A stretch of DNA of 64,000 nt from positions 1 to 64,000 of the IMG/VR virus record IMGVR_UViG_3300027708_000025. One strand, given 5' to 3'. Below, one piece after another: positions 19,973 through 29,693 of the stretch; the first letter of the stretch is position 1; every line of letters begins with the position of its first letter. The stretch comes from a virus. Made by a program: the position numbers and the translations under genes. Below the pieces are notes generated by a model. The model worked only from the letters and a program-made list of their open reading frames with translations, searched no databases and was not told the origin of the DNA.

Positions 19973-20889
19973 GTTATATGTTTTGTAGGTTTTCTATTGG
20001 AAGAATATGTTGGTGTCAGAATTAAATCACTAATAATCTTAATTGCAACTTGATCGTCTATTGTATCACTAAAATATGAGTTTGTCAAATACTCACCTTC
20101 ACCCATCAAGCAATCACGCATCTTATGGCTAAAGCACATGAAGGTTTGTTCTGGATTGTTCATGTTTGTTTTAGTGTGTGCATACGTAAATGGACCACTA
20201 TTCTTGCCAACAATAAGTTTAGCAAATTGACTGATGTATCCGATTTGATTTAGATTGCCTGTTGGAGAACCAAAAATACTGTCGGTACAGTTTACGTTAT
20301 TTTTAGTAACGCCAATATCATGTGTGATTAGAAATGCATAATCTGGAAAACTAGATGATATCGAATCAATGATATTTTTCATATCACCCATGCTACTCTG
20401 TTCGCTTTGCTGAACACCATTACAAATAAGAATTAAATTCTTTGGAACAATTGTTCTTAGATATGAATCGCATTCTTTTAGATCAAAACGATACCAATCA
20501 ATCTTTGGTAGATAGAAGAAGTAATCGCCTTTCATTTCAATTTCTAATGCATTGAAAATCTCTTTCCACATCGTATGTAGACAATGAAAATTAGCATGAT
20601 CTTTTTCTTTTAAATGTTTACCAATCCAACAACCGACCCAAGTATTGATATATAATGTTTTGGAATCATTCTGCGAAACTGCTAAAGGCACAAACGTGCC
20701 AATAGCAGGAATCTCGTTAAGTGTTATATGCTTACAATTTAAATCCGAAACAATGTTTGCATGATTGTTGTGTGCATATAAGAATTCAACATTAGGGAAA
20801 CGGCTAATGATATCACGAACATATTCTTTGTTTATGAAACAGTCGCCGTTTCTCCATTGATTGAAGAAAACGATCTTGGTGAAATTCAT
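19969..20889 (-). CDS. Hypothetical protein, possibly a GT-B glycosyltransferase
   Basis: NGD near N-terminus and IVGKNSGP, similar to heptosyltransferase-like folds; sugar cluster context. Confidence 0.5.
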   Translation of the reverse strand: MNFTKIVFFNQWRNGDCFINKEYVRDIISRFPNVEFLYAHNNHANIVSDLNCKHITLNEIPAIGTFVPLAVSQNDSKTLYINTWVGCWIGKHLKEKDHANFHCLHTMWKEIFNALEIEMKGDYFFYLPKIDWYRFDLKECDSYLRTIVPKNLILICNGVQQSEQSSMGDMKNIIDSISSSFPDYAFLITHDIGVTKNNVNCTDSIFGSPTGNLNQIGYISQFAKLIVGKNSGPFTYAHTKTNMNNPEQTFMCFSHKMRDCLMGEGEYLTNSYFSDTIDDQVAIKIISDLILTPTYSSNRKPTKHIT

Positions 20890-22109
20890 TTTGAAATAAT
20901 TTCAAAGATTGGGCATGGAACAATAAATGAACCACCCGCATCTAAAAATGCTTTTTCTCTTGTTTGAAATTCGCTAATGAAGTGCCATGGAAGAACCAAA
21001 GCAAAGTCTGGATTTGCTTTACGCATTTCTTCTTCGCTAATAATTGGAATGTTTGTTCCAATTGTTTTATAACCAAACTTGTATGGGCTACGTTCTGCAA
21101 TAGCATTAATGTAAGTACCATCTAAACCAAAGTACTGTAGCAAAGTATTGCCTTTAGTGCTTGCGCCATAACCATAAACACTCTTACCTGAAGATTTTGC
21201 TTCTTCAATAAATGTAAGAACGTCAGTCCGTAAATCATCAAGCCTAACTTTGAATGCATCCCAAACTAAAGGACTTGAAATATCTAACACATTATTCTCA
21301 TACTCAAGAATAGTGTTTACACGATAGTCGCACACATCACGCAAAGGAGAAGTTCCAAAACTTGCAACGTTTGCTGTATCTTTTTGGAAGTAAACTCTGA
21401 AGCTACCACCATTCGTATCGTTCAAACTGCAATCAACAAGATTGAATCCATGTTGAGCAAACAACTTGCTGATACTCTTCAAGTCATAATAGTAAACGTG
21501 TTCGTGGCAGATATTATCAAACGCTAATTGATTGACCATCAAAGGTGTGTAACTCATCTGAAGAACAGCAACGCCATCATCGTCAAGAATGTCATACATG
21601 TCTTGCACAAATGGATGTGGATTGTCTAAGTCATAAAACATTGCAATGCAAGTAATAACTTTTGGTTTTTTATCTGCAAACTTTGTTTTCTTCCATGCAT
21701 CTTTGCTGAAGTAATCTTGTACGACAGTAGCAACTTTACTGCTTTCTGCATAGAAAGAATCGTCACATGGATCAATACCAACTTTGTTTAGATTGTCTGG
21801 TACTGCTTTCAATAAAGTGCCATCGTTACATGCAATGTCAAGCCAAATGTCATCATCTTTCAATTTAACTCTAGATGTGATTTCTTTAACAATGCCTTGA
21901 AGTTCAAGTGTCATGCTAGTATTGATTGCACTACGATACCAATACTTACCCCACATTGTAGATGCTGGTGCAACATCTTTCAATCGTGGTGCGCCTAACT
22001 CTTCATCAAGATACAAATCAAGACTGTACTTTTTACGTCCAGCCATTTCGCCGTCATCTTTGATAAAGTCGCTTACATAGTGATCGCCAAGTTCAAGTAG
22101 TTTTTTCAT
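20886..22109 (-). CDS. NDP-sugar C-methyltransferase
   Basis: DIACNDGTLL, FDNICHEHVYYY, YGASTKGNTLLQ, LVLPWHF. Confidence 0.85.
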   Translation of the reverse strand: MKKLLELGDHYVSDFIKDDGEMAGRKKYSLDLYLDEELGAPRLKDVAPASTMWGKYWYRSAINTSMTLELQGIVKEITSRVKLKDDDIWLDIACNDGTLLKAVPDNLNKVGIDPCDDSFYAESSKVATVVQDYFSKDAWKKTKFADKKPKVITCIAMFYDLDNPHPFVQDMYDILDDDGVAVLQMSYTPLMVNQLAFDNICHEHVYYYDLKSISKLFAQHGFNLVDCSLNDTNGGSFRVYFQKDTANVASFGTSPLRDVCDYRVNTILEYENNVLDISSPLVWDAFKVRLDDLRTDVLTFIEEAKSSGKSVYGYGASTKGNTLLQYFGLDGTYINAIAERSPYKFGYKTIGTNIPIISEEEMRKANPDFALVLPWHFISEFQTREKAFLDAGGSFIVPCPIFEIISK

Positions 22110-22110
22110 A

Positions 22111-22488
22111 TTATTCCTCATGTGATTTTTCTTCAACCAATTCTGAATTACAAAGAATATTTATTTCTTTTTTAATTCGGCTTCGTTCATCGTTTGTTTT
22201 ATATATCTTTCTAGCAACCTCAATGAAGTCGCCAGTAAATTGTTGAATCTTTTCATAGTGTCTAATGTCTTCTTCAAGAAACCATAAACGCAAATTGACT
22301 TCCATCAATTCTTGCTGGTGTTCTAGCACATCTTTTTGTATTGTAACATATTCAGAAATAGAAGTCAATGCATCATGTTCATGTTGAACATTGATTAATT
22401 TATTCTTATCTTTGATTTGATTTAACTTGATTTTAAGAATGGTGATCTTGTCTATCAACTCTCCAACACTTACTGGTATATAAATCAT
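22111..22488 (-). CDS. DUF6165-like protein
   Basis: VSVGELIDKITILKIK...LWFLEEDIR...NDERSRIKKEIN. Confidence 0.75.
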   Translation of the reverse strand: MIYIPVSVGELIDKITILKIKLNQIKDKNKLINVQHEHDALTSISEYVTIQKDVLEHQQELMEVNLRLWFLEEDIRHYEKIQQFTGDFIEVARKIYKTNDERSRIKKEINILCNSELVEEKSHEE

Positions 22489-23369
22489 TTTCTTTCAATG
22501 TCCTCTTCAATGCAATTTTCGCCATATTGAATTTCAATAACTCTTAACGGCTCATCTGTTTCATTGCAGAGTTTGTGCCATTGCTCTCTACTAATATGTA
22601 GACTTTCAAATTTATCGTAAGTCCCAACTAAGTCCATATCAGTACCAGCATTTAGTGTATAAACTGTAGCAGTACCTTCAGCAACAAACCAATGTTCTGA
22701 ACGATCTTTATGCCGTTGCATACTCAAACAAGTTTTAGCACCAACAGTTAATTCTTTAACTTTGATTTCTTTACCTTGTTCATGCAGTACTCTATAGTAA
22801 CCCCATGCTCTGGTAGTCTTGGGTGCTTTCCACTCTTCAAGAATCCATGAAGATGAATTCATTTTGTTATCACCACCAACAGAGAATACAAATTCTAAAT
22901 TGTCTTTGTATCGTATATCATCAAGCAATCCCATTTCAGGAATGTTTTCTGCTGTTCTATCTCCACCATTTGCAAAAATAATCTTTGCGCCAGGAAATGT
23001 TTGAGTTGATTGTTTGATTGCATTGATAGAATTATTTTCGTCATCATTAAATTCAATAACGTAATCTACCATCTCTAAATTCTTAATCAACTGAAAACGT
23101 TCATTCCAAGTATAGAACGAACGTCCTTTTTTTCTTTTCAACCAAGAATCGGAATTGATACCAACAACAAGTGTGTCGCCTAATGCTTTAGCCGCTTTGA
23201 AGTATGCAAGATGCCCTGAGTGAAGTGGATCAAATCCACCTGTAACTAGAACAACTCTTTTTTCTGGTGATCTGACTAAAACTCTAAAGTTTGGCGCTTG
23301 ACCAAATTCTCTAGCATAAATTGTTTTACCGCCATCTGGACTTTCATATACTACTTTAGGTGTTTCCAT
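22485..23369 (-). CDS. Cytidylyltransferase-like domain fused to mannose-6-phosphate isomerase cupin
   Basis: TGGFDPLHSGH (HxGH), FANGGDR, SMQRHKDRSEHW, IEIQYG..EEDIER. Confidence 0.85.
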   Translation of the reverse strand: METPKVVYESPDGGKTIYAREFGQAPNFRVLVRSPEKRVVLVTGGFDPLHSGHLAYFKAAKALGDTLVVGINSDSWLKRKKGRSFYTWNERFQLIKNLEMVDYVIEFNDDENNSINAIKQSTQTFPGAKIIFANGGDRTAENIPEMGLLDDIRYKDNLEFVFSVGGDNKMNSSSWILEEWKAPKTTRAWGYYRVLHEQGKEIKVKELTVGAKTCLSMQRHKDRSEHWFVAEGTATVYTLNAGTDMDLVGTYDKFESLHISREQWHKLCNETDEPLRVIEIQYGENCIEEDIERK

Positions 23370-24387
23370 TTTTCTGAATCCTCATTTCACTTTCGCACAT
23401 ATCAAACACCAAGTCTTTAAATGTATACTCTGGTGTCCAACCCAAAACAGTTTTTGCTTTAGTGCAATCACCAAAGATTGTTGGCACTTCTGCTGGACGA
23501 TAAAAGTCTTTGTTCACTTTGATGATAGTCTTACCAGTAGACTTATTGATACCGATTTCACTCAAACCTTCACCTCGCCATTCAATTTCAAATCCGAGAT
23601 ATGTCGCAACATCATTACAGAAGTCTTTTACTGAATGCTCTTCACCACTAGAGATTGCATAGTCATCCGGTTTGTCTTGTTGTAGAATCAACCACATCGC
23701 ACGAACGTAATCTTTAGCATGTCCCCAATCACGCCTTGCTGTTAGATTTCCTAGTTCTAGAATATCTTGCAAACCGAGATGAGTACGAATCATACCTAGT
23801 ACAATTTTGCGTGTAACAAATTCAGGACCTCTACGTGGGCTTTCGTGATTAAACAAAATACCATTGCATGAGAATAGATTAAAACTCTCACGATAGTTTA
23901 CTGTGATCCAATAGCCATACATCTTAGCAACAGCATAAGGTGAACGTGGATAGAATGGAGTGTTTTCTGTTTGTGGAGTTTCTTTTACCTTACCATACAA
24001 CTCACTGGTTGATGCTTGATAAAATTTGACTTGCTTTTCTTTAGACAATCGTTTGACTGCTTCAAGCAATTTGAGTACACCAATAGCGTTAACATCGCCA
24101 GTGTATGTTGGGCAATCATAACTTACGCTAACGTGACTTTGTGCGCCTAAGTTATAAACCTCATCTGGTCTTACTTTGAGAATAATACTTTCAAGATTGG
24201 CCGCATCTGTTAGATCGCTATAGTGAAATGTAATTTGGTCTTTGACATGGTTGATGTTTGCAGTATTGTTTCCTGTACTTGATCGGCGTACAAGACCATG
24301 CACATTATAACCCTTTTCAAGTAGAAGTTCTGCTAGATAACTTCCATCTTGTCCTGTAATACCTGTAATCAAGGCAGTTTTTTGCAT
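23356..24387 (-). CDS. gmd: GDP-mannose 4,6-dehydratase
   Basis: ALITGITGQDGSYLAELLL, YQASTSELYG, PRSPYAVAK, NHESPRRG. Confidence 0.96.
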   Translation of the reverse strand: MQKTALITGITGQDGSYLAELLLEKGYNVHGLVRRSSTGNNTANINHVKDQITFHYSDLTDAANLESIILKVRPDEVYNLGAQSHVSVSYDCPTYTGDVNAIGVLKLLEAVKRLSKEKQVKFYQASTSELYGKVKETPQTENTPFYPRSPYAVAKMYGYWITVNYRESFNLFSCNGILFNHESPRRGPEFVTRKIVLGMIRTHLGLQDILELGNLTARRDWGHAKDYVRAMWLILQQDKPDDYAISSGEEHSVKDFCNDVATYLGFEIEWRGEGLSEIGINKSTGKTIIKVNKDFYRPAEVPTIFGDCTKAKTVLGWTPEYTFKDLVFDMCESEMRIQKNGNT

Positions 24388-24417
24388 ATTATATCCATCC
24401 TATTTTATTGTGAAATC

Positions 24418-24741
24418 TGTGACAGGTTATTCTGTTACGAGGAAACCTGTCGAAACCCTAGTCAGCGTTTAGGCTGCCAATGCGAAACGTGAGTCGTTTG
24501 CGTTTACTTTTTTTTCTTCTTTTTACATCGTTGCTGATGTGCTGTCCACTCTGTTACTCTTTGCCCTGTCGAAACTATGCACCCCCATCAAAAGCATTCT
24601 TAATCTCCAGCATACTTGTGGCGATCAATCCACTTTCAACCTTCTCTGATCCTGCGTCCAGTTTAGAATACTTTTGGTGGAGGTGGGGGGATTCGCACCC
24701 CCGTCCAGAACCTGTTTCTCTTTGCTTCATACAGCAATAAC
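24418..24741 (-). ncRNA. ssrA: Circularly permuted two-piece tmRNA
   Basis: 3'-end piece (GACGGGGGTGCGAATCCCCCCACCTCCACCA, ends 24675) precedes the 5'-end piece starting GGGGGTG at 24586; G3-U70 pair; tag 24469-24501 reads ANDSRFALAA*. Confidence 0.93.
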
Positions 24742-24755
24742 TAACATTATAACGT

Positions 24756-24763
24756 TATTTATA
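24756..24763 (-). promoter_or_regulatory. T4-type late promoter upstream of tmRNA
   Basis: Exact TATAAATA. Confidence 0.7.
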
Positions 24764-24766
24764 CAA

Positions 24767-25435
24767 CTAGTCAATCAATACAGCATCATATGCTTCACGG
24801 TAAGATATAAAATCTTTGATGTAATCATTGCGCTTCTTAATGAACACTTGTGGATGTTCAGAGTCAACTGCTATCATAATTACAATTTGTGATACTGGTA
24901 TTCCAGTTCGCTCTTCATACATGACTGCATACGCAGAACATTGCATGAAGTATCCTTTAATCCAACTCTCTTCTTTTAACTTGCCTGAAGTCTTAAAGTC
25001 AATGATAGATAGCTTGCCATCATATTCTGCAATACAGTCAACTCTACCAGCAACTTTTAGATGATGAGAATACAAAGGAATCTCTAGCGCATGAATGTTG
25101 TTTACATGTTCATCTAATAAAGGTTGTAGAGACTTGAACATAGCAACAGAATCGGGCATTGTTTTACGTGCATAGTCTTCTTCGTTGTTCAAATAGTTTT
25201 CACAAATCTTGTGTACTCTAGTTCCACGGCTGGATGCTTTAGTTGAAATACGATTGGCTTCTTCTTCGCCCACACGTTTTCTCCATTCGAGGATTTTATC
25301 TTTGCCGTGCTGAGAGGTAATGGTAGTAACAGAGGGATATAGTAATCCCTCTGGTGTCTTGTAGAATCGTTTGCCGTTTACTGTCTCGGTTTCCAAATCA
25401 TAGTCAATGTCGCATCCAATGTGTTTAAAGTTCAC
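24767..25435 (-). CDS. PD-(D/E)XK exonuclease
   Basis: YPSVTT, RGTRVH, AGRVDCIAEYDGKLSIIDFKTS, YFMQCSAYA. Confidence 0.9.
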   Translation of the reverse strand: MNFKHIGCDIDYDLETETVNGKRFYKTPEGLLYPSVTTITSQHGKDKILEWRKRVGEEEANRISTKASSRGTRVHKICENYLNNEEDYARKTMPDSVAMFKSLQPLLDEHVNNIHALEIPLYSHHLKVAGRVDCIAEYDGKLSIIDFKTSGKLKEESWIKGYFMQCSAYAVMYEERTGIPVSQIVIMIAVDSEHPQVFIKKRNDYIKDFISYREAYDAVLID

Positions 25436-25464
25436 TTCGCATAATCCTGTAATATAATGATATT

Positions 25465-26280
25465 TTATTTAGCAGTCTCTATTCCATCTTCATATTGCAG
25501 TTTAGCAAGAATGTAATCTTTAACAAGGGAAGAACGAACAATGTCATGCACAGTAAACTCAATCTTTGTAAATGCATTCATATGATATGCAATGTCAAAG
25601 AATTTAAGAATACCCGATACATCGTTTCTTTTTTTGTTTAAGTCTGTTTGTCTATAGTCACCACACCAAATAATTTTAGAACGATATCCAACCCTTGTCA
25701 TAACGGTGTCAATTTCTTCATACGTCATGTTTTGCATTTCATCAACAATAATGATAGCATCATCAAATGACATACCACGAATGAATGATGTTGAAATGAA
25801 TTCTATGTGTCCTTGTTCTTCTAATCTATCCCATGCGTCTTTGCGACCAAACAATGTTTCACATATTTGACGATACGGTTGTTGATAGATTTCCATTTTC
25901 TCATTTACGTCACCTGGCAAATGTCCAATCTCTCGGGACTGAACAGCAGAACGTACTACGATAATTTTATCAAATGGATTTGATTTGTCCATTACTTCTT
26001 CAATTGCTTTGTATAGCGCACAGAATGTTTTACCTGTACCTGCTACACCGTGAAGTGCTACGAAATAATCTCCACGTTTGTATGCTTCAAAAAAGAGTTT
26101 TTGGTTTTCTGTTAAAGGTTGAAAAGTTTTTAAATCATCTAGTCTAAGTCTGAGTGTATTATTGACTGCTTTGAGTCTTGTTGTTGATGGGATTTCAAGT
26201 TCAGTATTCGCAGTTTTAACTGCGCTTGATTTTCTTGCCATTGAAGGAGCCTTTTTACTTGTTGTGTAATGTATCCCCAT
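25465..26280 (-). CDS. phoH: PhoH-like ATPase (start may be 26241)
   Basis: GVAGTGKT, IGHLPG, FIRGMSF, DEMQN, GDYRQTDL, DIVRS. Confidence 0.93.
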   Translation of the reverse strand: MGIHYTTSKKAPSMARKSSAVKTANTELEIPSTTRLKAVNNTLRLRLDDLKTFQPLTENQKLFFEAYKRGDYFVALHGVAGTGKTFCALYKAIEEVMDKSNPFDKIIVVRSAVQSREIGHLPGDVNEKMEIYQQPYRQICETLFGRKDAWDRLEEQGHIEFISTSFIRGMSFDDAIIIVDEMQNMTYEEIDTVMTRVGYRSKIIWCGDYRQTDLNKKRNDVSGILKFFDIAYHMNAFTKIEFTVHDIVRSSLVKDYILAKLQYEDGIETAK

Positions 26281-26282
26281 TA

Positions 26283-26519
26283 TTAGAACGTATTAACGTT
26301 TCCTAAAGGATGTGCTTCTTTAGCCTTTGCAAGGACTTCTCTAAATCCATTGTCTGGCTTCCGAATGCCCAATCTAATAGGATCACCTAATGATGGAGCG
26401 CCTAGCATAACAGATTCATATTGAGGATTCTGTTCAAGGAATTCCTCTCTATCAGCAATTTTAAAAAGTTTCTCAATTATTTCGCCGGTTTCACGATGGC
26501 GAAAGTTGTATGTTGGCAT
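26283..26519 (-). CDS. FmdB-like small protein
   Basis: MPTYNFR..ETGE...KPDNGFREVL; typical neighbour of phoH in T4-like phages. Confidence 0.65.
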   Translation of the reverse strand: MPTYNFRHRETGEIIEKLFKIADREEFLEQNPQYESVMLGAPSLGDPIRLGIRKPDNGFREVLAKAKEAHPLGNVNTF

Positions 26520-27066
26520 TCTTTACTCCGTATAAGAACCACTCTGGTGTTTCTCTGTTTTTCCATTTTGCAAATCTACTCTTATCATGTATATAGTAAT
26601 TTTGATACGAGCGAATAGAATCATTCGTTACTTTATATGTATCCGGCATTGCAGGAGTAGGTTCAGTAAAGATTCCTTTGGGAATATTTACTGGGTCCAA
26701 ATAGAGTACGTGCATCAACTTTTCACATGCATGTTTTTTACCATATCTATATGTATACTCTTGCAAAAGATAAAACCACATGCGATAAAGCCAACGATAA
26801 TTTTCTTTTGATTGTCTTACCCAAATATTAGACGGATGATTAACGTGACTTGCTTTATACAAAGTACTTTCAAACATTTCATTTTTCATGCGCCAACGTT
26901 GAATGTTACGATTATTAACAGTTTTATCAGTATATTGTTCACCGTCAAGCATACGATGTGCGGTAGACATGAGTTGTGCATACTCTACAATCATTTTAAC
27001 AACGTGTTTATCTAAGTGCATTTTAGCGCACGTTGATGGATCAGGATCAAGATAAAAAATGTTCAA
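26491..27066 (-). CDS. Pyrimidine-dimer DNA glycosylase family protein
   Basis: MNIFYLD..CA..HLDKHVVKMIVEYAQLMSTAH, HVNHPSNIW, EYTYRYGKKH. Confidence 0.75.
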   Translation of the reverse strand: MNIFYLDPDPSTCAKMHLDKHVVKMIVEYAQLMSTAHRMLDGEQYTDKTVNNRNIQRWRMKNEMFESTLYKASHVNHPSNIWVRQSKENYRWLYRMWFYLLQEYTYRYGKKHACEKLMHVLYLDPVNIPKGIFTEPTPAMPDTYKVTNDSIRSYQNYYIHDKSRFAKWKNRETPEWFLYGVKNANIQLSPS

Positions 27067-27488
27067 TCTAATTTCTCCACAAGTATTTTATCGCCTTGGT
27101 CTGTACCAAAAGACATATTATCATAGTATACACGAACAAGCCCCTTACGTGCAAGTGAAACACAGGTAATACATGCACCAAAGTAATTTACATTTTCGGT
27201 AATATCTTCAATACATTGGCTTGGCACACCTTCGGCACGGGATAACATTTCTGTCATCAATACAACATCTTCCATGCCGTCATTGAATTCACTATCACCT
27301 TCATCAATGATTTCCATTAATACTTGTAAATTTTCATCCGACAATTTTTTAAAGAATTTACCCAATGAAGTGTATGGATTTCTCATTAGCATTTTTGCTA
27401 CTGATTTTGTTACTGGTAAAAGTTTATTCGATCCAATAATTTTTTCCATGCAAGGATGTGAATTCTCAAAGTCAATGTCGTCTTTCAT
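27063..27488 (-). CDS. Hypothetical protein
   Basis: 141-aa ORF in operon. Confidence 0.65.
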   Translation of the reverse strand: MKDDIDFENSHPCMEKIIGSNKLLPVTKSVAKMLMRNPYTSLGKFFKKLSDENLQVLMEIIDEGDSEFNDGMEDVVLMTEMLSRAEGVPSQCIEDITENVNYFGACITCVSLARKGLVRVYYDNMSFGTDQGDKILVEKLD

Positions 27489-28352
27489 TTAAATCTCCAC
27501 GTATTTTAGTTTAAATTCATCAGCACGGTTTTCGTAATTAATATAACCACGTGGGTTGCAAACAACTCTAGTGCTACCAATCATATAGTCAAATTCTTCA
27601 TGTGTATGTCCATGAGTCCACAATTTAATTTGTGGATGATTCAAGATGAAATCATCTAAACGGCTACTGTATGCACCATTCATAATCAATTCGGTTTGAT
27701 ATCGTGGATGCGTAGATGCTTTGCTAGGTGCATGATGCCCAACAACAACATATTTACCAAGAGGCTCACTTATTACATTAATGTATTGTAACATTTTTTT
27801 GTGATCTTGTACAGTATCTTCTGGCGTGAATTTGGCAGGACGTTTATGAAACGTAGGAATCTGCGTACCTTCTTCATTCACATTGAATGTTTTGTACGAG
27901 ACCATTTCGGCACCGTTTTGAATAATACGAAAATCATTCATCATACCACGAATGTTGAACAGAGTAACAGGGTCTTGTGCATTCATGTCAGTCCACAATG
28001 TACCGCCAATAAATGTTACGTCATCAATTGTCACATGCTCTTTATCAAGGATGTGCAAGTTCTGAATGTGCCCAAGATAGTTTCGCAGAATTGTAAACGT
28101 TTCAGCATAGTCACCATTATAGTGTTCGTGATTGCCTGCAATGTAAATCACTTTAGGAAATTCAAATGTGCAACGTTTAAAGAAATCAACATAACGTTGA
28201 CTTTTACCATTCTCTATGATTCCATCAGATTCACGAAAATCAGATGCAACGCAAATATCGCCAGACAGTATTAATACTTCAGCGTTTTCTTCGTTCTTTA
28301 AAATTAGATCACCAAACTCTAGGTGAACATCGGATGCAATAGCAATTCTCAT
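27489..28352 (-). CDS. Calcineurin-like metallophosphoesterase
   Basis: SDVHLE, GD, GNHEHY, HHAP, HGHTH. Confidence 0.92.
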   Translation of the reverse strand: MRIAIASDVHLEFGDLILKNEENAEVLILSGDICVASDFRESDGIIENGKSQRYVDFFKRCTFEFPKVIYIAGNHEHYNGDYAETFTILRNYLGHIQNLHILDKEHVTIDDVTFIGGTLWTDMNAQDPVTLFNIRGMMNDFRIIQNGAEMVSYKTFNVNEEGTQIPTFHKRPAKFTPEDTVQDHKKMLQYINVISEPLGKYVVVGHHAPSKASTHPRYQTELIMNGAYSSRLDDFILNHPQIKLWTHGHTHEEFDYMIGSTRVVCNPRGYINYENRADEFKLKYVEI

Positions 28353-28360
28353 TTATACTC

Positions 28361-28876
28361 TCAATCTGTATGAGGTGGGAGAACATATTCTTCACAATAG
28401 AATTTTAGTTTACGAATAGTCTCATTTACATCTTTATGCAGTATAGCAATACCGCCAGCGGCTCCAAACGAATCAATCACATCTGGTGTGTCATCCACCA
28501 ATATGGTTGTGGATTTTGCGTATTCAGCTTTTAATTTACGCCCAGGTACAGTATTTATTTTAAATTCTATTCCACGTTCGCAAAGCCATTGTGTCTTTTG
28601 AATTGTCACTTCGGTATGATACTTCATTCCACCGCTTGAAGTTAACATTTCAATTTCAATGTTTGGTATAGTTCGCACGTAAGCAAGCAATTCTTGCCCG
28701 CCAGGATTCCAATCTAGTGTCGCAAAATTTTCACCTTCAATGAATTTAGTCCAGTTAGATGAAAAGTTTTTTCTGTCTCTAGATGAACCAGGACTTTCGT
28801 CAAACAATTCAAGATAGCGGTTTTCAAAAGAACACAAAACACCATCCATGTCTAGATACAATTTACTCACAGCCAT
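28361..28876 (-). CDS. HAD-family 5'(3')-deoxyribonucleotidase-like protein
   Basis: LDMDGVL, LVDD. Confidence 0.85.
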   Translation of the reverse strand: MAVSKLYLDMDGVLCSFENRYLELFDESPGSSRDRKNFSSNWTKFIEGENFATLDWNPGGQELLAYVRTIPNIEIEMLTSSGGMKYHTEVTIQKTQWLCERGIEFKINTVPGRKLKAEYAKSTTILVDDTPDVIDSFGAAGGIAILHKDVNETIRKLKFYCEEYVLPPHTD

Positions 28877-28985
28877 AGAACCAATCCAATGACTACGATA
28901 AACACAAAATATTCCATAAGAGTAAAGTTTATCATTAGTTTATGAAACCAAGTGTACTTCAATAATCTCTCATATATGGTAAGTT

Positions 28986-29144
28986 TCATTCTGACATTCT
29001 CGCAATTAAATTTTCTAAAACAGGCTCAATCTCAAAAACGGGAATGCTTGACATATACTGGACATATGTTACAACGTCAGTATCAGTCAAGCCTTGATCC
29101 CATGCTTCAAGGATGTATCGTTCTATTACATCACGGTCATCCAT
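28986..29144 (-). CDS. Hypothetical protein
   Basis: Start moved to MDDRD with GGAG RBS. Confidence 0.5.
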   Translation of the reverse strand: MDDRDVIERYILEAWDQGLTDTDVVTYVQYMSSIPVFEIEPVLENLIARMSE

Positions 29145-29160
29145 ACTACTCCATTCATTA

Positions 29161-29628
29161 TCATGTTCGAATATATGCTTCAGCAAATTGGCGGTCTTCA
29201 AAGTCCTCAACTTCTGTATCGATTTCATCTAACAGGTTGACAGGTTTCTTTGCGGAAGACTTTGCCATTGCAGACATGATTCCATCAAGAGAATCACCAG
29301 CACGAACAGGCACAGGAGTAACTTTCTTCGCTTTCACAGGCTTAGCCGCTTTCACAACGGGAGCCTTAGCAGTCTTAACTGCCTTCACTTTGGCAGGCTT
29401 TGCAACAGGTGCAGTACCAGCGCCAACGAGTTCATAGCTTACAACGGTGCGACCATCACGATTGGCACGAACAGCAAAGCCCGTGTTTTTCTTGATTTCC
29501 CACAGATAAGTAGAGAGTCGAGTCGCAACAATGCCATCAATCGCACGAATGGTGCTAACTGGAACTGGCGCATTAGCGGCTTGCAAAACTTCAAAAATCT
29601 TTGTGTATTGTTGAACAGATTTAGTCAT
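29161..29628 (-). CDS. Putative winged-helix DNA-binding protein with Lys/Ala-rich linker and acidic tail
   Basis: Helix-helix-helix-wing pattern at N-terminus; AKPAKVKAVK repeats; own promoter. Confidence 0.5.
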   Translation of the reverse strand: MTKSVQQYTKIFEVLQAANAPVPVSTIRAIDGIVATRLSTYLWEIKKNTGFAVRANRDGRTVVSYELVGAGTAPVAKPAKVKAVKTAKAPVVKAAKPVKAKKVTPVPVRAGDSLDGIMSAMAKSSAKKPVNLLDEIDTEVEDFEDRQFAEAYIRT

Positions 29629-29664
29629 AATATATTTCCTTAAAAAGAGTTAACTAAGAGATAC

Positions 29665-29693
29665 ATGGTAACACACCATGGGGTGTTTGTCAA
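29665..29693 (-). promoter_or_regulatory. Sigma70-type early promoter (no palindrome)
   Basis: TTGACA-17-TACCAT with TG. Confidence 0.6.

Noticed and set aside
24480-24892. Plus-strand ORFs of 86 and 72 aa
   Set aside because: Antisense shadows of the tmRNA.
24767-25435. Cas4 as part of a CRISPR system
   Set aside because: Lacks the Fe-S cysteine set; a common T4-like PD-(D/E)XK exonuclease with no array nearby.
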